The position numbers and the translations under genes are program-made. From Parcubacteria group bacterium (GTDB lineage: Bacteria; Patescibacteriota; Minisyncoccia; Phycocordibacterales; Phycocordibacteraceae), in assembly GCA_028286525.1 (NCBI GenBank), contig JAQBRL010000021.1:1-53719 (forward strand): DNA of 53,719 nucleotides, given 5' to 3'. The notes under the pieces were generated by a model. That model did not search any database. It saw only the letters and a program-made list of their open reading frames with translations, and was not told where the DNA came from. Shown piece after piece: positions 34,161 to 43,154 of the stretch (the first letter of the stretch is position 1; each line of letters begins with the position of its first letter).

Positions 34161-34200
34161 GACAAACGAAAATCCCGGCCATTTCTGGTCGGGATTTTCG
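34161..34200 (-). terminator. Intrinsic terminator after the 32-aa micro-ORF
   Basis: CGAAAATCCCG..CGGGATTTTCG followed by TTTGTCGC on the minus strand. Confidence 0.65.
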
Positions 34201-34218
34201 CTTCAAGTCTTCAACTGC

Positions 34219-34317
34219 TTACTTGGAGACCTCAAGCGAAACCCCGACCGGTCGAAGGAGACCGACGTAGACGAAGATTGCGAGAATCCAGCGGTTGAGG
34301 GTTGCTTGGGAAAACAT
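34219..34317 (-). CDS. 32-aa hydrophobic micro-protein, apparently leaderless
   Basis: Own translation: MFSQATLNRWILAIFVYVGLLRPVGVSLEVSK. The ATG lies 7 nt after the TATACT of a canonical promoter, and a terminator follows. Confidence 0.35.
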   Translation of the reverse strand: MFSQATLNRWILAIFVYVGLLRPVGVSLEVSK

Positions 34318-34324
34318 TAGTAGA

Positions 34325-34352
34325 AGTATATTACTGCATGAATTTCTGTCAA
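34325..34352 (-). promoter_or_regulatory. Canonical sigma-70 promoter TTGACA-16nt-TATACT
   Basis: The rc of 34347-52 is TTGACA and the rc of 34325-30 is TATACT. Confidence 0.55.
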
Positions 34353-34411
34353 AGCGGGACCATTGCGCAACCGGGTTCAGCGGCTCTTCATCCGGTGGGG
34401 ATAACATACGG

Positions 34412-34462
34412 GCTAGTGGGAGGAAGTGTCATATAATTCCATACTAGTGGGATGAAGTGGGA
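34412..34462 (+). promoter_or_regulatory. mraZ promoter region with three AGTGGGA (MraZ-box-like) repeats flanking TATAAT
   Basis: CTAGTGGGAGGAAGTG (34413-28) and CTAGTGGGATGAAGTGGGA (34444-62). AGTGGGA at 34415, 34446 and 34456. TATAAT at 34432-37. Confidence 0.55.
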
Positions 34463-34513
34463 AGAGCCGTTTTCTTCTTCTTTGCCGGTCCTTCTTAACC
34501 CTCACGCTTTTCT

Positions 34514-34948
34514 ATGTTCATCGGCGAATACCGTCACACGTTCGACAGCAAGAACCGCATATCGCTTCCCGCCAAGTTTCGAAAGGAACTCGGTTCTTCT
34601 GTCGTCGTCACGCGCGGACTCGACCGATGCCTCTTTGTCTATCCCAAGGCCGCCTGGAAAAAGCAGGCCGAACGCATCGCGGTGCACTCGACCGGAGGCG
34701 CCGCGGGCCGCGGGCTGTCGCGTCTTATGCTTGCGGGAGCCGTGGAAGCGGACGTCGATAGCGCCGGCCGCATCCTCGTGCCGGATTATCTTCGCTCCTT
34801 CGCTGCGCTCAAGGAGAAGAGCGTGGTCGCAGGCGTGAACGACCGCGTGGAAGTCTGGGACGAGCGTGCGTGGGCCGCCTACACCAAGGCCATCGAACGG
34901 GACGCCGACCAGTTCGCCGAGAGCCTCGGCTCCCAGGGAGCTCTCTAG
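34514..34948 (+). CDS. mraZ: Transcriptional regulator MraZ
   Basis: MFIGEYRHTFDSKNRISLPAKFR.. and a second SpoVT/AbrB-like repeat (DSAGRILVPDYLR). Confidence 0.95.
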   Translation: MFIGEYRHTFDSKNRISLPAKFRKELGSSVVVTRGLDRCLFVYPKAAWKKQAERIAVHSTGGAAGRGLSRLMLAGAVEADVDSAGRILVPDYLRSFAALKEKSVVAGVNDRVEVWDERAWAAYTKAIERDADQFAESLGSQGAL

Positions 34949-34952
34949 CGCT

Positions 34953-35903
34953 ATGGAAACCCGTCACGACAGCGTCCTTTTGCATGAAGCCATCGCGCAG
35001 CTGAATGTCCAGCCGGGCGACGTGGCGGTGGACGCGACGCTCGGAGGGGCAGGGCATTTCCGCGAGCTTGCGGTCGCGCTCGGGCATTCCGGCACCTTGG
35101 TGGGTATCGACGCCGATCAGGCGTCCATCGAGCGCGCGGAGACGGTAGTGAAGGAATTCGGTGACCAGGGTCCTACCGTCCATCTGGTGAAGGACAATTT
35201 CCGTGATCTCGCTCGTATTCTCGACGACCTCGATCTTCCGTGCCTCGATCGTGCGCTTTTCGACCTCGGCTGGAACTCCTTTCAGCTTTCGGCGGGCCGC
35301 GGGTTCTCATTCCGTGCGGACGAGCCGCTCCTGATGACCTACGGCGAGCCGGAGCAAGGGAAGACCGCTGCCGACTTGGTGAACTCCCTTCCGGAGGAAG
35401 AACTCGCCGACCTCATCTATACCTACGGCGAGGAGCGTTTCTCGCGCGGCATCGCGCGCTCCATCGTGGAGACCCGCAAGCACACGCGCATCCTGACCAC
35501 GCTCGCGCTTGCGGAAGCGGTGGAGCGCGGCACTCCCTCCTGGTACCAGAACCGGCGCTTGCATCCGGCCACCAAGACCTTCCAGGCGCTCCGTATCGCG
35601 ACCAACGACGAGCTCGGGGCACTTCGCGAGGGTCTCGCCGCTGCGCTCGAACGGCTTACGCAGGGAGGCCGCATCGCCGTCATCACCTTCCACAGCATCG
35701 AGGACCGCATCGTGAAGGGCGTGATGAAGGACGCGGCCTACGCGGGGCAGGGAAGCCTCGTGACCCGCAAGCCTATGGTCCCGTCCCCCGAGGAGCTCAC
35801 GGCGAACCCGCGTGCGCGCAGCGCGAAGCTACGCGTCTTCGAGCGGTGTAACGGTGAAGGCGTCTGCATTACTAAACCCACTAGCGTCCATATGTATGTC
35901 TAA
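34953..35903 (+). CDS. rsmH: 16S rRNA (cytosine1402-N4)-methyltransferase RsmH
   Basis: HDSVLLHEAI..VDATLGGAGH..DLGWNSFQL..RFSRGIA..ITFHSIEDRIVK. Confidence 0.95.
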   Translation: METRHDSVLLHEAIAQLNVQPGDVAVDATLGGAGHFRELAVALGHSGTLVGIDADQASIERAETVVKEFGDQGPTVHLVKDNFRDLARILDDLDLPCLDRALFDLGWNSFQLSAGRGFSFRADEPLLMTYGEPEQGKTAADLVNSLPEEELADLIYTYGEERFSRGIARSIVETRKHTRILTTLALAEAVERGTPSWYQNRRLHPATKTFQALRIATNDELGALREGLAAALERLTQGGRIAVITFHSIEDRIVKGVMKDAAYAGQGSLVTRKPMVPSPEELTANPRARSAKLRVFERCNGEGVCITKPTSVHMYV

Positions 35904-36252
35904 CTCCATGAAAAGCCGTTCGGTCCGTAGAAGTGCTCGTGGAGCACGGGCGCTTGCCATGCCGGAGATGCCGGACCGCACTATCGGTTTCCTGTCGATA
36001 GCCGCTGGCCTTATTTTCAGTACCTACATAGTTCTCGTGATAGTCACTATCTTCTTCGCGACGGTGCAGACCTCGCTCGCTGCCGAGGTGCGCACGACCG
36101 AAGGTTCCATTGCTACGCTTGAGACCACGTACTACGCATCGCTCGCACGTGAGAACGCGAGCACTCCCGCAAGCGCCGGACTGGTTGCACCGAGTGTCGT
36201 CGAGTACGCTATAGCGAAGCCCGCACAAGGTATTTCTTTCGCGGGGAAGTAG
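35896..36252 (+). CDS. FtsL-like single-pass cell-division protein
   Basis: Basic N-terminus, one TM and a short extracytoplasmic region. Sits in the position between rsmH and ftsI. Confidence 0.55.
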   Translation: MSNSMKSRSVRRSARGARALAMPEMPDRTIGFLSIAAGLIFSTYIVLVIVTIFFATVQTSLAAEVRTTEGSIATLETTYYASLARENASTPASAGLVAPSVVEYAIAKPAQGISFAGK

Positions 36253-36263
36253 AATAAGAGGAT

Positions 36264-37994
36264 ATGCGACGCGAAGTGAGGGGCCGGCTCCGTATCCTTT
36301 CTGCCGGACTGCTTGCGGTCGCCCTTCTGCTGGTCGTGCGTCTCTATTTCGTCCAGATAGTCCATGGACATGAGTTCTCCTTGCGCGCCGACCGGCAGTA
36401 CATAAGCTCGAGCCAAGCGCTGTTCGATCGGGGCAGCATCTATTTCACCGATAAGAGCGGGGCGCTCCTCTCGGCGGCCACGCTCGGGACCGGCTTCACC
36501 CTTTCCATAAACCCTTCCCAGATAACGGACGCCGAAGCCACGTACGCCAAGCTCGCGGCGTTCACGCCCATCGATAAGACTGCCTTCCTCGCGTCCGCCG
36601 CAAAGAAGACCGACCCCTATGAGGTGGTGGCTAAGGAGGTGCCCACGGACGCCGGAGCGGCCATACAAGCAGCGAAGATCACCGGCGTCACGGTGACGCT
36701 CGAACGCTGGCGCACCTATCCGGCCGCCAGCCGGGCCGCGCAGTCCGTGGGATTCATCGCATTCGATAACGACAACACGCTCGCCGGCCGCTTCGGGCTC
36801 GAACGGTACTACAACGATGTCTTGGACCGCGCCGCAGGCGGCCTCTTCGGGAATTTCTTCGCGGAGCTGTTCGCGAACCTCGATAATGTCGTGGTGGATG
36901 CGCGCCAGGCGCGCCAAGGCGACCTCATTACGACGATTGACCCGGTAGTCCAGGAGAAGCTCGATCAAGTCCTTGCGGCCACCAATGCGCAGTACTCGAG
37001 CCAGGAAACGGGAGGCATCATCATGAACCCGAAGACCGGAGAGATCATCGCCATGGATAGCTACCCTTCGTTCGACGCGAACGATTTCGCCCATGGCGAC
37101 CCGGCGCACTTCGGCAACCCGTTGGTCGAGCACCAGTATGAGTTCGGCTCCATCATGAAGCCGCTCACGATGACCGCAGGACTCGACGCGGGCGTTATCA
37201 TGCCGGACTCCACGTATACCGATACGGGATGCGTGACCGTGAATAAGCAGACCTTCTGCAACTACGACCTTAAAGCGCGCGGCCCGGGTACGCCCATGCA
37301 ACAGATACTCTCCCAGTCGCTCAACGTAGGCGCTGCGTTCATCGCGGGCAAGCTTGGCCATGAGCGTTTCCGCACCTATTTCGAGCATCTCGGCTTCGGG
37401 GTCGAGACCGGCATCGACCTGCCGAGCGAGGCGCGCGGGAACATCCAGAATATAAAGACCAGTCCGCGCGATATCGAATACGATACGGCATCCTTCGGTC
37501 AGGGCATCGCCGAGACGCCCGTGCAGATGATCAAGGCGCTCGGTGCGCTCGCTAATAATGGCGCGGTGGTAACGCCGCATCTGGTGAAGGCGATACGGCT
37601 GCAGAATGGCGTGACCAAGACGCTGTCCTGGGGCAAGCCGGAGCAGGTCTTCTCGCCCACGGCTGCGAGCGAGACGACCACCATGCTCGTGCAGGTCGTC
37701 GATACGAAACTCGCCAACGGCAAGGATAAGATCCCGGACCTCTCGGTCGCCGCCAAGACCGGTACCGCGCAGATCGCGGGCCCCGGCGGGAAGTACGCGC
37801 CCGGCCTCTATTTCCATTCATTCATGGGATATTTCCCGGCATCGGACCCGAAATACATCATCCTGCTCTACACCCGGCAGCCGCAGGGCGTGCAGTACGC
37901 TTCCGAGACCCTCACGGAGCCATTCATGACGCTCACGCATTTCCTGATAAACTACTATGTCGTCCCGCCCGATAGGGGAGGCGCACCCCACTAG
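36264..37994 (+). CDS. ftsI: Penicillin-binding protein FtsI (divisome transpeptidase)
   Basis: N-terminal TM. FGSIMKP (SxxK), SQSLN (SxN) and KTGTAQ motifs. Confidence 0.9.
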   Translation: MRREVRGRLRILSAGLLAVALLLVVRLYFVQIVHGHEFSLRADRQYISSSQALFDRGSIYFTDKSGALLSAATLGTGFTLSINPSQITDAEATYAKLAAFTPIDKTAFLASAAKKTDPYEVVAKEVPTDAGAAIQAAKITGVTVTLERWRTYPAASRAAQSVGFIAFDNDNTLAGRFGLERYYNDVLDRAAGGLFGNFFAELFANLDNVVVDARQARQGDLITTIDPVVQEKLDQVLAATNAQYSSQETGGIIMNPKTGEIIAMDSYPSFDANDFAHGDPAHFGNPLVEHQYEFGSIMKPLTMTAGLDAGVIMPDSTYTDTGCVTVNKQTFCNYDLKARGPGTPMQQILSQSLNVGAAFIAGKLGHERFRTYFEHLGFGVETGIDLPSEARGNIQNIKTSPRDIEYDTASFGQGIAETPVQMIKALGALANNGAVVTPHLVKAIRLQNGVTKTLSWGKPEQVFSPTAASETTTMLVQVVDTKLANGKDKIPDLSVAAKTGTAQIAGPGGKYAPGLYFHSFMGYFPASDPKYIILLYTRQPQGVQYASETLTEPFMTLTHFLINYYVVPPDRGGAPH

Positions 37995-37996
37995 AT

Positions 37997-39286
37997 ATGA
38001 AATCCGTACTCAAGGCACCCATAGCTGGCCTCCTCGCGCTTCTTTCGCGCGCCATTCTCCGCAAGTACAGGCCGCAGATCATCATGATCACGGGGAGCGT
38101 AGGCAAAACCAGTACCAAGGACGCGGTCGCCGCGATGCTTTCGGAACATACGAATATGCGCGCGAGCGAGAAAAGCTATAACAGCGAATTCGGGGTGCCG
38201 TTCACCATCATGGGGGTCAAGAACCCGTGGACCAGCCTCTTCGCCTGGGTCGATGTGTTCGCAGAGGCGCTTACGCTCCTTTTCTTCCCTGCGCACTATC
38301 CGAAAGTGCTTGTCCTTGAGGTGGGAGCGGATAGGCCGGGCGATCTTGCGCGGATCCTGCGTATCGCGACGCCGGACGCCGTCGTCGTTACGCGGCTTCC
38401 GGACGTTCCGGTGCATGTGGAAGCCTATGCGACGCCGGCTGCAGTGCGAGAGGAGGAATTCGCTCCCGCGTACGCGCTTGCGTCCGGCGCTCCGCTCATT
38501 CTCTCCTCGCGCGATACGTATGCGATTACCATGGCTGCCAACACGCAAGCGACCGTCACTCTATTCGGCTTCTCTCCAGAAGCCGATGTTCGTATCGGCG
38601 AACCGACGGTCATGCTCGAAGACGGCATGCCCGTCGGCATGGAAGCGACGGCCACGGTGCGCGGGCACGAATATACGCTCTATGCGCGCGGCGCGCTCGG
38701 CCGTCCCCAGATTCTCGCGCCCGCTGCAGCATTCGCCGCCGCGCTCGCGCTCGATATCCCGACGGAGGAAGCGCTCGGCGGTTTGGCGACGTATGTGCCG
38801 CCGGCGGGCCGCGGGCGTTTGCTGCGAGGCACCGATCGCTCGGTGCTCATAGATGAGTCCTACAATTCGTCGCCTGCGGCGACCGAAGAGGCGCTTCTCG
38901 CGCTTTCGCTGCTGACGAACGCGAAGCGGCGCATCGCGGTGCTCGGCGACATGCTCGAGCTCGGGCGCTATTCGAAGTTCGAGCATGAGCGCATCGGCAC
39001 GCTCGCAGCCTCGCAGGCGGATATGATCGTTGCGGTAGGCAGCCGCTCGAAAGCTACGTGCACGGCAGCGGTAGCGGCTGGGCTCGACGCGTCGCAGGTG
39101 AGGTGTTTCGAGAATGCACGCGACGCCGCTCATGCACTGCAGGATGAGATCCGTGAAGGGGATGCGATTTTAATAAAAGGCTCGCAGTCCATGCGCATGG
39201 AGCGCATCGTCGAAGCGCTTTTGGGCGACCCGACCGATGCGGTGTATCTGGTACGGCAAGATACGGAGTGGAAGAAGAAGAAATAG
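37997..39286 (+). CDS. murF: UDP-MurNAc-tripeptide--D-Ala-D-Ala ligase MurF (short N-terminus)
   Basis: ITGSVGKTSTKD, SYNSEFGVP, LIDESYNSSP and VLGDMLELG motifs. Confidence 0.9.
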   Translation: MKSVLKAPIAGLLALLSRAILRKYRPQIIMITGSVGKTSTKDAVAAMLSEHTNMRASEKSYNSEFGVPFTIMGVKNPWTSLFAWVDVFAEALTLLFFPAHYPKVLVLEVGADRPGDLARILRIATPDAVVVTRLPDVPVHVEAYATPAAVREEEFAPAYALASGAPLILSSRDTYAITMAANTQATVTLFGFSPEADVRIGEPTVMLEDGMPVGMEATATVRGHEYTLYARGALGRPQILAPAAAFAAALALDIPTEEALGGLATYVPPAGRGRLLRGTDRSVLIDESYNSSPAATEEALLALSLLTNAKRRIAVLGDMLELGRYSKFEHERIGTLAASQADMIVAVGSRSKATCTAAVAAGLDASQVRCFENARDAAHALQDEIREGDAILIKGSQSMRMERIVEALLGDPTDAVYLVRQDTEWKKKK

Positions 39287-39351
39287 GTCAATCCAAAAAT
39301 TATCCCCGTGAGAATTTTCAGTGAAAGGAGGATCTGTTCCATACTTAAGCT

Positions 39352-40314
39352 ATGAAATTTGCTCGCGGTTCGTTACTTCTCCTGACGGGGATTATTTTCA
39401 TTGGCGCATGCATCGCTGTAGCCGCCTTCTATATTCCGCACTCGAAAGTAATAGGCACGAATACGGTCGTTGAACACCAATCCGCGACTCTGTCTGCAAT
39501 TCAGGCAGAAACACATGCCGCAGGGCCCTACGATGGAACGTATGTGTACGATAGCGGAAGTCCTTTTACGGGAAGTGAAGTGGATATAAGCAGCAGCACC
39601 GAAACGCAGCTCGACTACCATATCAATACCGTACATTTGGCTCACACCGGAGACTTGGAAGGAGTCGCCCACCGGATTGCGAGCACGACGATTGCGTATA
39701 CAGACAAGACCTCTAATGAAGGTTGCGCAGTAACGATATCTTTTATAAATAAAGCCCAGATTATATATGCTCTCGAATCCATACCGGGTAGTGACTACGG
39801 GTGTGAGGGGTATCATGGAGCGCACGGTGAATTCCTGGATGGGGAAGTACATGTAAAGAATGGGTTAGTGACCCTCCCCTCACTCACCGATCGAGGCGTG
39901 TCTGACAGCGATAGAAAAGCGCTCGCACAGCTCGCGCCCGACATCTTTCCAAATATTGAAAGCTACATCGGGCTTGATATATCGACGACTGACCAAAACT
40001 CGGATGAGAACGTGATGCAGAGCGATAGTCCCCTTACCAGCACTGATATACCTGGATCCCATGGCTTTGCGATACAATCCCCCAATATATACAACGGATC
40101 TTTTGGATGCGGCGACTTTACTGAAACGGGTGGCTTTTGTTCGTACGGCGCATACTTAACTGATGGTCACGGTCACTATTGGATACTAAGCGGAGCCAAC
40201 GGCGAGCAGTTTACGTACATGACGAACAATCTAAATTGGAAAGCAAAAATCCCCGCAGCTTTTAAAGAGCAATTAAAGAAATTGGGCGTGACCAACGTGA
40301 AATTCGAAAAGTAG
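39352..40314 (+). CDS. Membrane-anchored extracytoplasmic protein (320 aa), low GC
   Basis: N-terminal TM anchor and a Cys-containing globular region. CATACT lies 6 nt before the ATG. No family recognised. Confidence 0.65.
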   Translation: MKFARGSLLLLTGIIFIGACIAVAAFYIPHSKVIGTNTVVEHQSATLSAIQAETHAAGPYDGTYVYDSGSPFTGSEVDISSSTETQLDYHINTVHLAHTGDLEGVAHRIASTTIAYTDKTSNEGCAVTISFINKAQIIYALESIPGSDYGCEGYHGAHGEFLDGEVHVKNGLVTLPSLTDRGVSDSDRKALAQLAPDIFPNIESYIGLDISTTDQNSDENVMQSDSPLTSTDIPGSHGFAIQSPNIYNGSFGCGDFTETGGFCSYGAYLTDGHGHYWILSGANGEQFTYMTNNLNWKAKIPAAFKEQLKKLGVTNVKFEK

Positions 40315-40360
40315 TTTACTTCAGTTTTTGCCGCCGAAGGCGGCTCCATGCAGTGCGTTG

Positions 40361-40432
40361 TGACCCCACGGGGAATCGAACCCCGATTTGATCCGTGAGA
40401 GGGATCTGTCCTAACCGTTAGACGATGAGGCC
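40361..40432 (-). tRNA. tRNA-Glu(CUC)
   Basis: GGCCTCA TC GTCT AACGGTTA GGAC A GATCC CTCTCAC GGATC AAAT CGGGG TTCGATT CCCCG TGGGGTC A. Full cloverleaf, no encoded CCA. Confidence 0.9.
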
Positions 40433-40451
40433 GTCGTTGTTTTTGTAACAC

Positions 40452-40515
40452 GAAAAAGAGAAAACGAAAACCGCTCGGCGAGCCAAGCGGAGTTCGCTTG
40501 CTCGCGTGAGCGGTT
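40452..40515 (-). terminator. Intrinsic terminator after the 67-aa gene
   Basis: AACCGCTC..(inner GCGAGC/GCTCGC)..GAGCGGTT followed by TTCGTTTTCTCTTTTT on the minus strand. Confidence 0.65.
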
Positions 40516-40719
40516 CTATTCGACCACATGATGGCCGACCACCTGCGCCACGTCTTTTTCCAGGTCCACATCCACCGTGAAGCGGAATTTAGTCGGTGAA
40601 CCGGAAATGGATGCGAACAGCATCTCCGGGCAGCCGGCCGAAACGATTCCCTGGGTTCCTTTGGCGGCCTCGAGCAGACACAGGCCGGCCATCTCCGCAG
40701 CTTGCAGCAATTTTGCCAT
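40516..40719 (-). CDS. 67-aa hypothetical protein divergent from the dnaA-like gene
   Basis: MAKLLQAAEMAGLCLLEAAKG... GGAGGG lies 4 nt before the ATG at 40719, with a strong terminator downstream. The longer track ORF (to 40905) is rejected. Confidence 0.5.
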   Translation of the reverse strand: MAKLLQAAEMAGLCLLEAAKGTQGIVSAGCPEMLFASISGSPTKFRFTVDVDLEKDVAQVVGHHVVE

Positions 40720-40921
40720 GACGCCCTCCTGCCCACACCTTACGGGTATCGGGTCCAAATGCAATGGCGGCGTTGCATTGACCCAAGTACGAGCAGGTAT
40801 ATAGTGCCTGGGCTGTTCTTTGAAAGTGCTTCGCCATAGCGAAAAGGGCCTGCATGGGCCTTCCTCGCCATGGCGAAGCGATATCCGCATAGCCCTCTGG
40901 CCCAACCGTTGGGGAATCGTT

Positions 40922-42283
40922 ATGAACGATCTACCACAAGCGGGCCAAGAGTCCGTTGAAGTAGTGTGGAAAAGGCTTTCGAGCTTTCTGAAGCGTGAAC
41001 TTGGAGAGGCGACATTCTCCTCGTGGCTCGGCCCAGTGAGTCTCCGCGAGACCCCGGAAGTCCTCTATATCGTAGCCAATACCGGAGTCGCGCGCGATTG
41101 GATTCACCGCCATGCCTGGCCTCGCGTCATCGACCTGTGGGCAAAGAACGACCCGCAGAATCGTCGTCTTACCCTTACGTCGAGGGCGGAACTCGATCCC
41201 TCTAACCCGAGCAAGGAAACCGTCATGACCGACGTTCAACCGGCGGGTTCAGACGGACTCGCTCATCAGACCCCGTTCACCCTTCGGCGAGGACACACCT
41301 TCGAGAACTTCGCGGTCGGGCCGGCTAACCAATTCGCCGTCCAAACCGGCAGGCGTATTGGCCAAGGATTACCGATTGCGGATATCGTCCTCATCACTGG
41401 TATCGCAAGCGTGGGGAAAACACATCTGCTCCAGGCTATCGCGCACGAATACGGAACGGTTATTTCTCCGACCGCGTGGGCATATCTGGACATGGATGAT
41501 GTCAATTCGCCCCATAAGCGCCAGATGGCACTCGAGCGAATAGTCGCTAATCCGCCTCTGTTGCTCATCGACGACGTTGAATACTACTGCGTTGAAAAAG
41601 CCAATGAAGACCTTCGGTACGCCATCTCGCTTCGTCTGAAGCGGGGCGGACATACGGTCTTCGCTGGTGACTTCTCGAATCTCAGCTCTGACACACTCAA
41701 CGATGCGTTCATGGCGCATATACGCTCCGGCGTAACCTGCACGATCGAGCCGCCGGACAGAGACTTGCGGCTCGCTATCCTGCGCAAGCATCTCCTGCTG
41801 GTCCCCCAGCAGGAAGCCGCACTTCTTATCGGTGACCGGGTGCTCGAGCTCGTCAGTTCACTCTTCGTGGGCTCGACGCGCGAGATGCTCGGGATGCTGC
41901 GTACCCTCGTGTCGCGGTGCGAGGGAAGTTCATGCCCGATGGCCGTCGACGAAGCCAAAGAGCTGCTCACGGAAACCTTCCCAAAATTAAGTAGGAAGGT
42001 GACCGTCGATGAGATCCAAAAGGCCGTGTGCGCATATTACGGCCTCAAGCAAATGGATCTCATCTCCGAACGTCGGGCGCGTGCTGTCGCTCGCCCGCGT
42101 CAGGTGGCCATGTGGATCTGCAAGCAGGTGACCGCTCGTTCTCTGCCTGATATCGGGCGCAGGTTCGGCGGACGGGACCACACCACGGTCCTGCACGCGG
42201 TGCGGCGCATCGATCAGCTTCGCATCGACGACCCCCAGATCCTGCGCGACTGCGAAGCATTGATACGCATATTCCGAGGCTAG
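40922..42283 (+). CDS. dnaA: Divergent DnaA-family initiator
   Basis: Walker A GIASVGKTHLLQAI, Walker B LLLIDDVEY, an R-finger region and sensor II GSTREMLGML. Domain IV: ISERRARAVARPRQVAMWICKQ..GGRDHTTVLHAVRRI. GGGGA SD. Start at MNDLPQAG. Confidence 0.8.
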   Translation: MNDLPQAGQESVEVVWKRLSSFLKRELGEATFSSWLGPVSLRETPEVLYIVANTGVARDWIHRHAWPRVIDLWAKNDPQNRRLTLTSRAELDPSNPSKETVMTDVQPAGSDGLAHQTPFTLRRGHTFENFAVGPANQFAVQTGRRIGQGLPIADIVLITGIASVGKTHLLQAIAHEYGTVISPTAWAYLDMDDVNSPHKRQMALERIVANPPLLLIDDVEYYCVEKANEDLRYAISLRLKRGGHTVFAGDFSNLSSDTLNDAFMAHIRSGVTCTIEPPDRDLRLAILRKHLLLVPQQEAALLIGDRVLELVSSLFVGSTREMLGMLRTLVSRCEGSSCPMAVDEAKELLTETFPKLSRKVTVDEIQKAVCAYYGLKQMDLISERRARAVARPRQVAMWICKQVTARSLPDIGRRFGGRDHTTVLHAVRRIDQLRIDDPQILRDCEALIRIFRG

Positions 42284-42292
42284 AGTGAACTT

Positions 42293-42333
42293 CGCCGCCG
42301 CGACCCCTTTCGGGTCGCGGCGGCTCTCTTTAT
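42293..42333 (+). terminator. Intrinsic terminator after the dnaA-like gene
   Basis: GCCGCCGCGACCC-CTTTC-GGGTCGCGGCGGC followed by TCTCTTTAT. Confidence 0.7.
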
Positions 42334-43094
42334 ATGCCGACTATCTTCGTGCGACGTATGGAAAGCGCGAGTGCCTTGGAGCCCAATGTTTCTCCGATGC
42401 GTCCAGCAAGCGCGCGCATGTAGGTGCCTGAGCCGCATGCGACCTTGAGTTTCAGTATTCGATAGGGACGGTCGTGCTCGAAAACCTCCTGCCAGCTCTT
42501 CTTCACTGCTTCGATGCGGAAATCAGCGCCAAGCGCCTTCGATGGCTGATCGCTTGTGGGGGCGAGCGCAAGCAGCGAAGCGATGCGCTGCTTTAGTTTC
42601 CGAGTTGAATACGGGGAGGAGCCACGATATCTGATGGAATGGATAGTCTCCTCGTGCATCGGTATCTCGATGGTATCGAGCGTACCCTCAAGCGCGTAGA
42701 GGAAAAGCGGTTTTCCTGCGACGGTCTTCGAGGAGTAGATAGGGTAAGGACGGGTATGGGTACCGACCTCCTCTCCGAGAATGCGTTTAATATCGCTCCT
42801 CGTCAGCATCGTTTCTTGCGGCGAGCGCGTCACGATACCAAGAATGTCTCCCGTGTCGCTCCCGACATCCAGCAGCACTTCTATCTCATACGTCTTATCG
42901 AGTCCTATGTACTCCTGCTGCCGCTTGCACTCCTCTCCCAGAAGCACCAAGAGTTTTCCGGAAGCCATCGGATCGAGCCGGCCCGCGTAGCTGGCCGCCA
43001 CGTTCGCGTAGTTCGGATGGTGCGCTTTCCATAGCTCGATAGCCTCGAGCGGCGTCTGGCCGATCTTCTTGTCGAGAAGCACGGTTTTCTTCAT
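42330..43094 (-). CDS. truB: tRNA pseudouridine(55) synthase
   Basis: ..AGRLDPMASGKLLVLLGE.. catalytic Asp motif. Start MKKTVLL. TATACT lies 6 nt before the ATG. Confidence 0.9.
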   Translation of the reverse strand: MKKTVLLDKKIGQTPLEAIELWKAHHPNYANVAASYAGRLDPMASGKLLVLLGEECKRQQEYIGLDKTYEIEVLLDVGSDTGDILGIVTRSPQETMLTRSDIKRILGEEVGTHTRPYPIYSSKTVAGKPLFLYALEGTLDTIEIPMHEETIHSIRYRGSSPYSTRKLKQRIASLLALAPTSDQPSKALGADFRIEAVKKSWQEVFEHDRPYRILKLKVACGSGTYMRALAGRIGETLGSKALALSIRRTKIVGI

Positions 43095-43154
43095 CAGGTA
43101 AGTATACAAAGACTTCACCCCGCAAGCGTTCTGCTGTGCGGGGTGCGTGCCTAT

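Noticed and set aside
36132-37817. 561-aa minus-strand ORF
   Set aside because: It lies opposite ftsI and is Arg/Glu/Gly-rich without motifs. It is a shadow frame.
40720-40921. oriC with DnaA boxes upstream of the dnaA-like gene
   Set aside because: Only one 7/9 match (ATATCCGCA) was seen, with no box cluster and no AT-rich unwinding element. This needs a computational scan.
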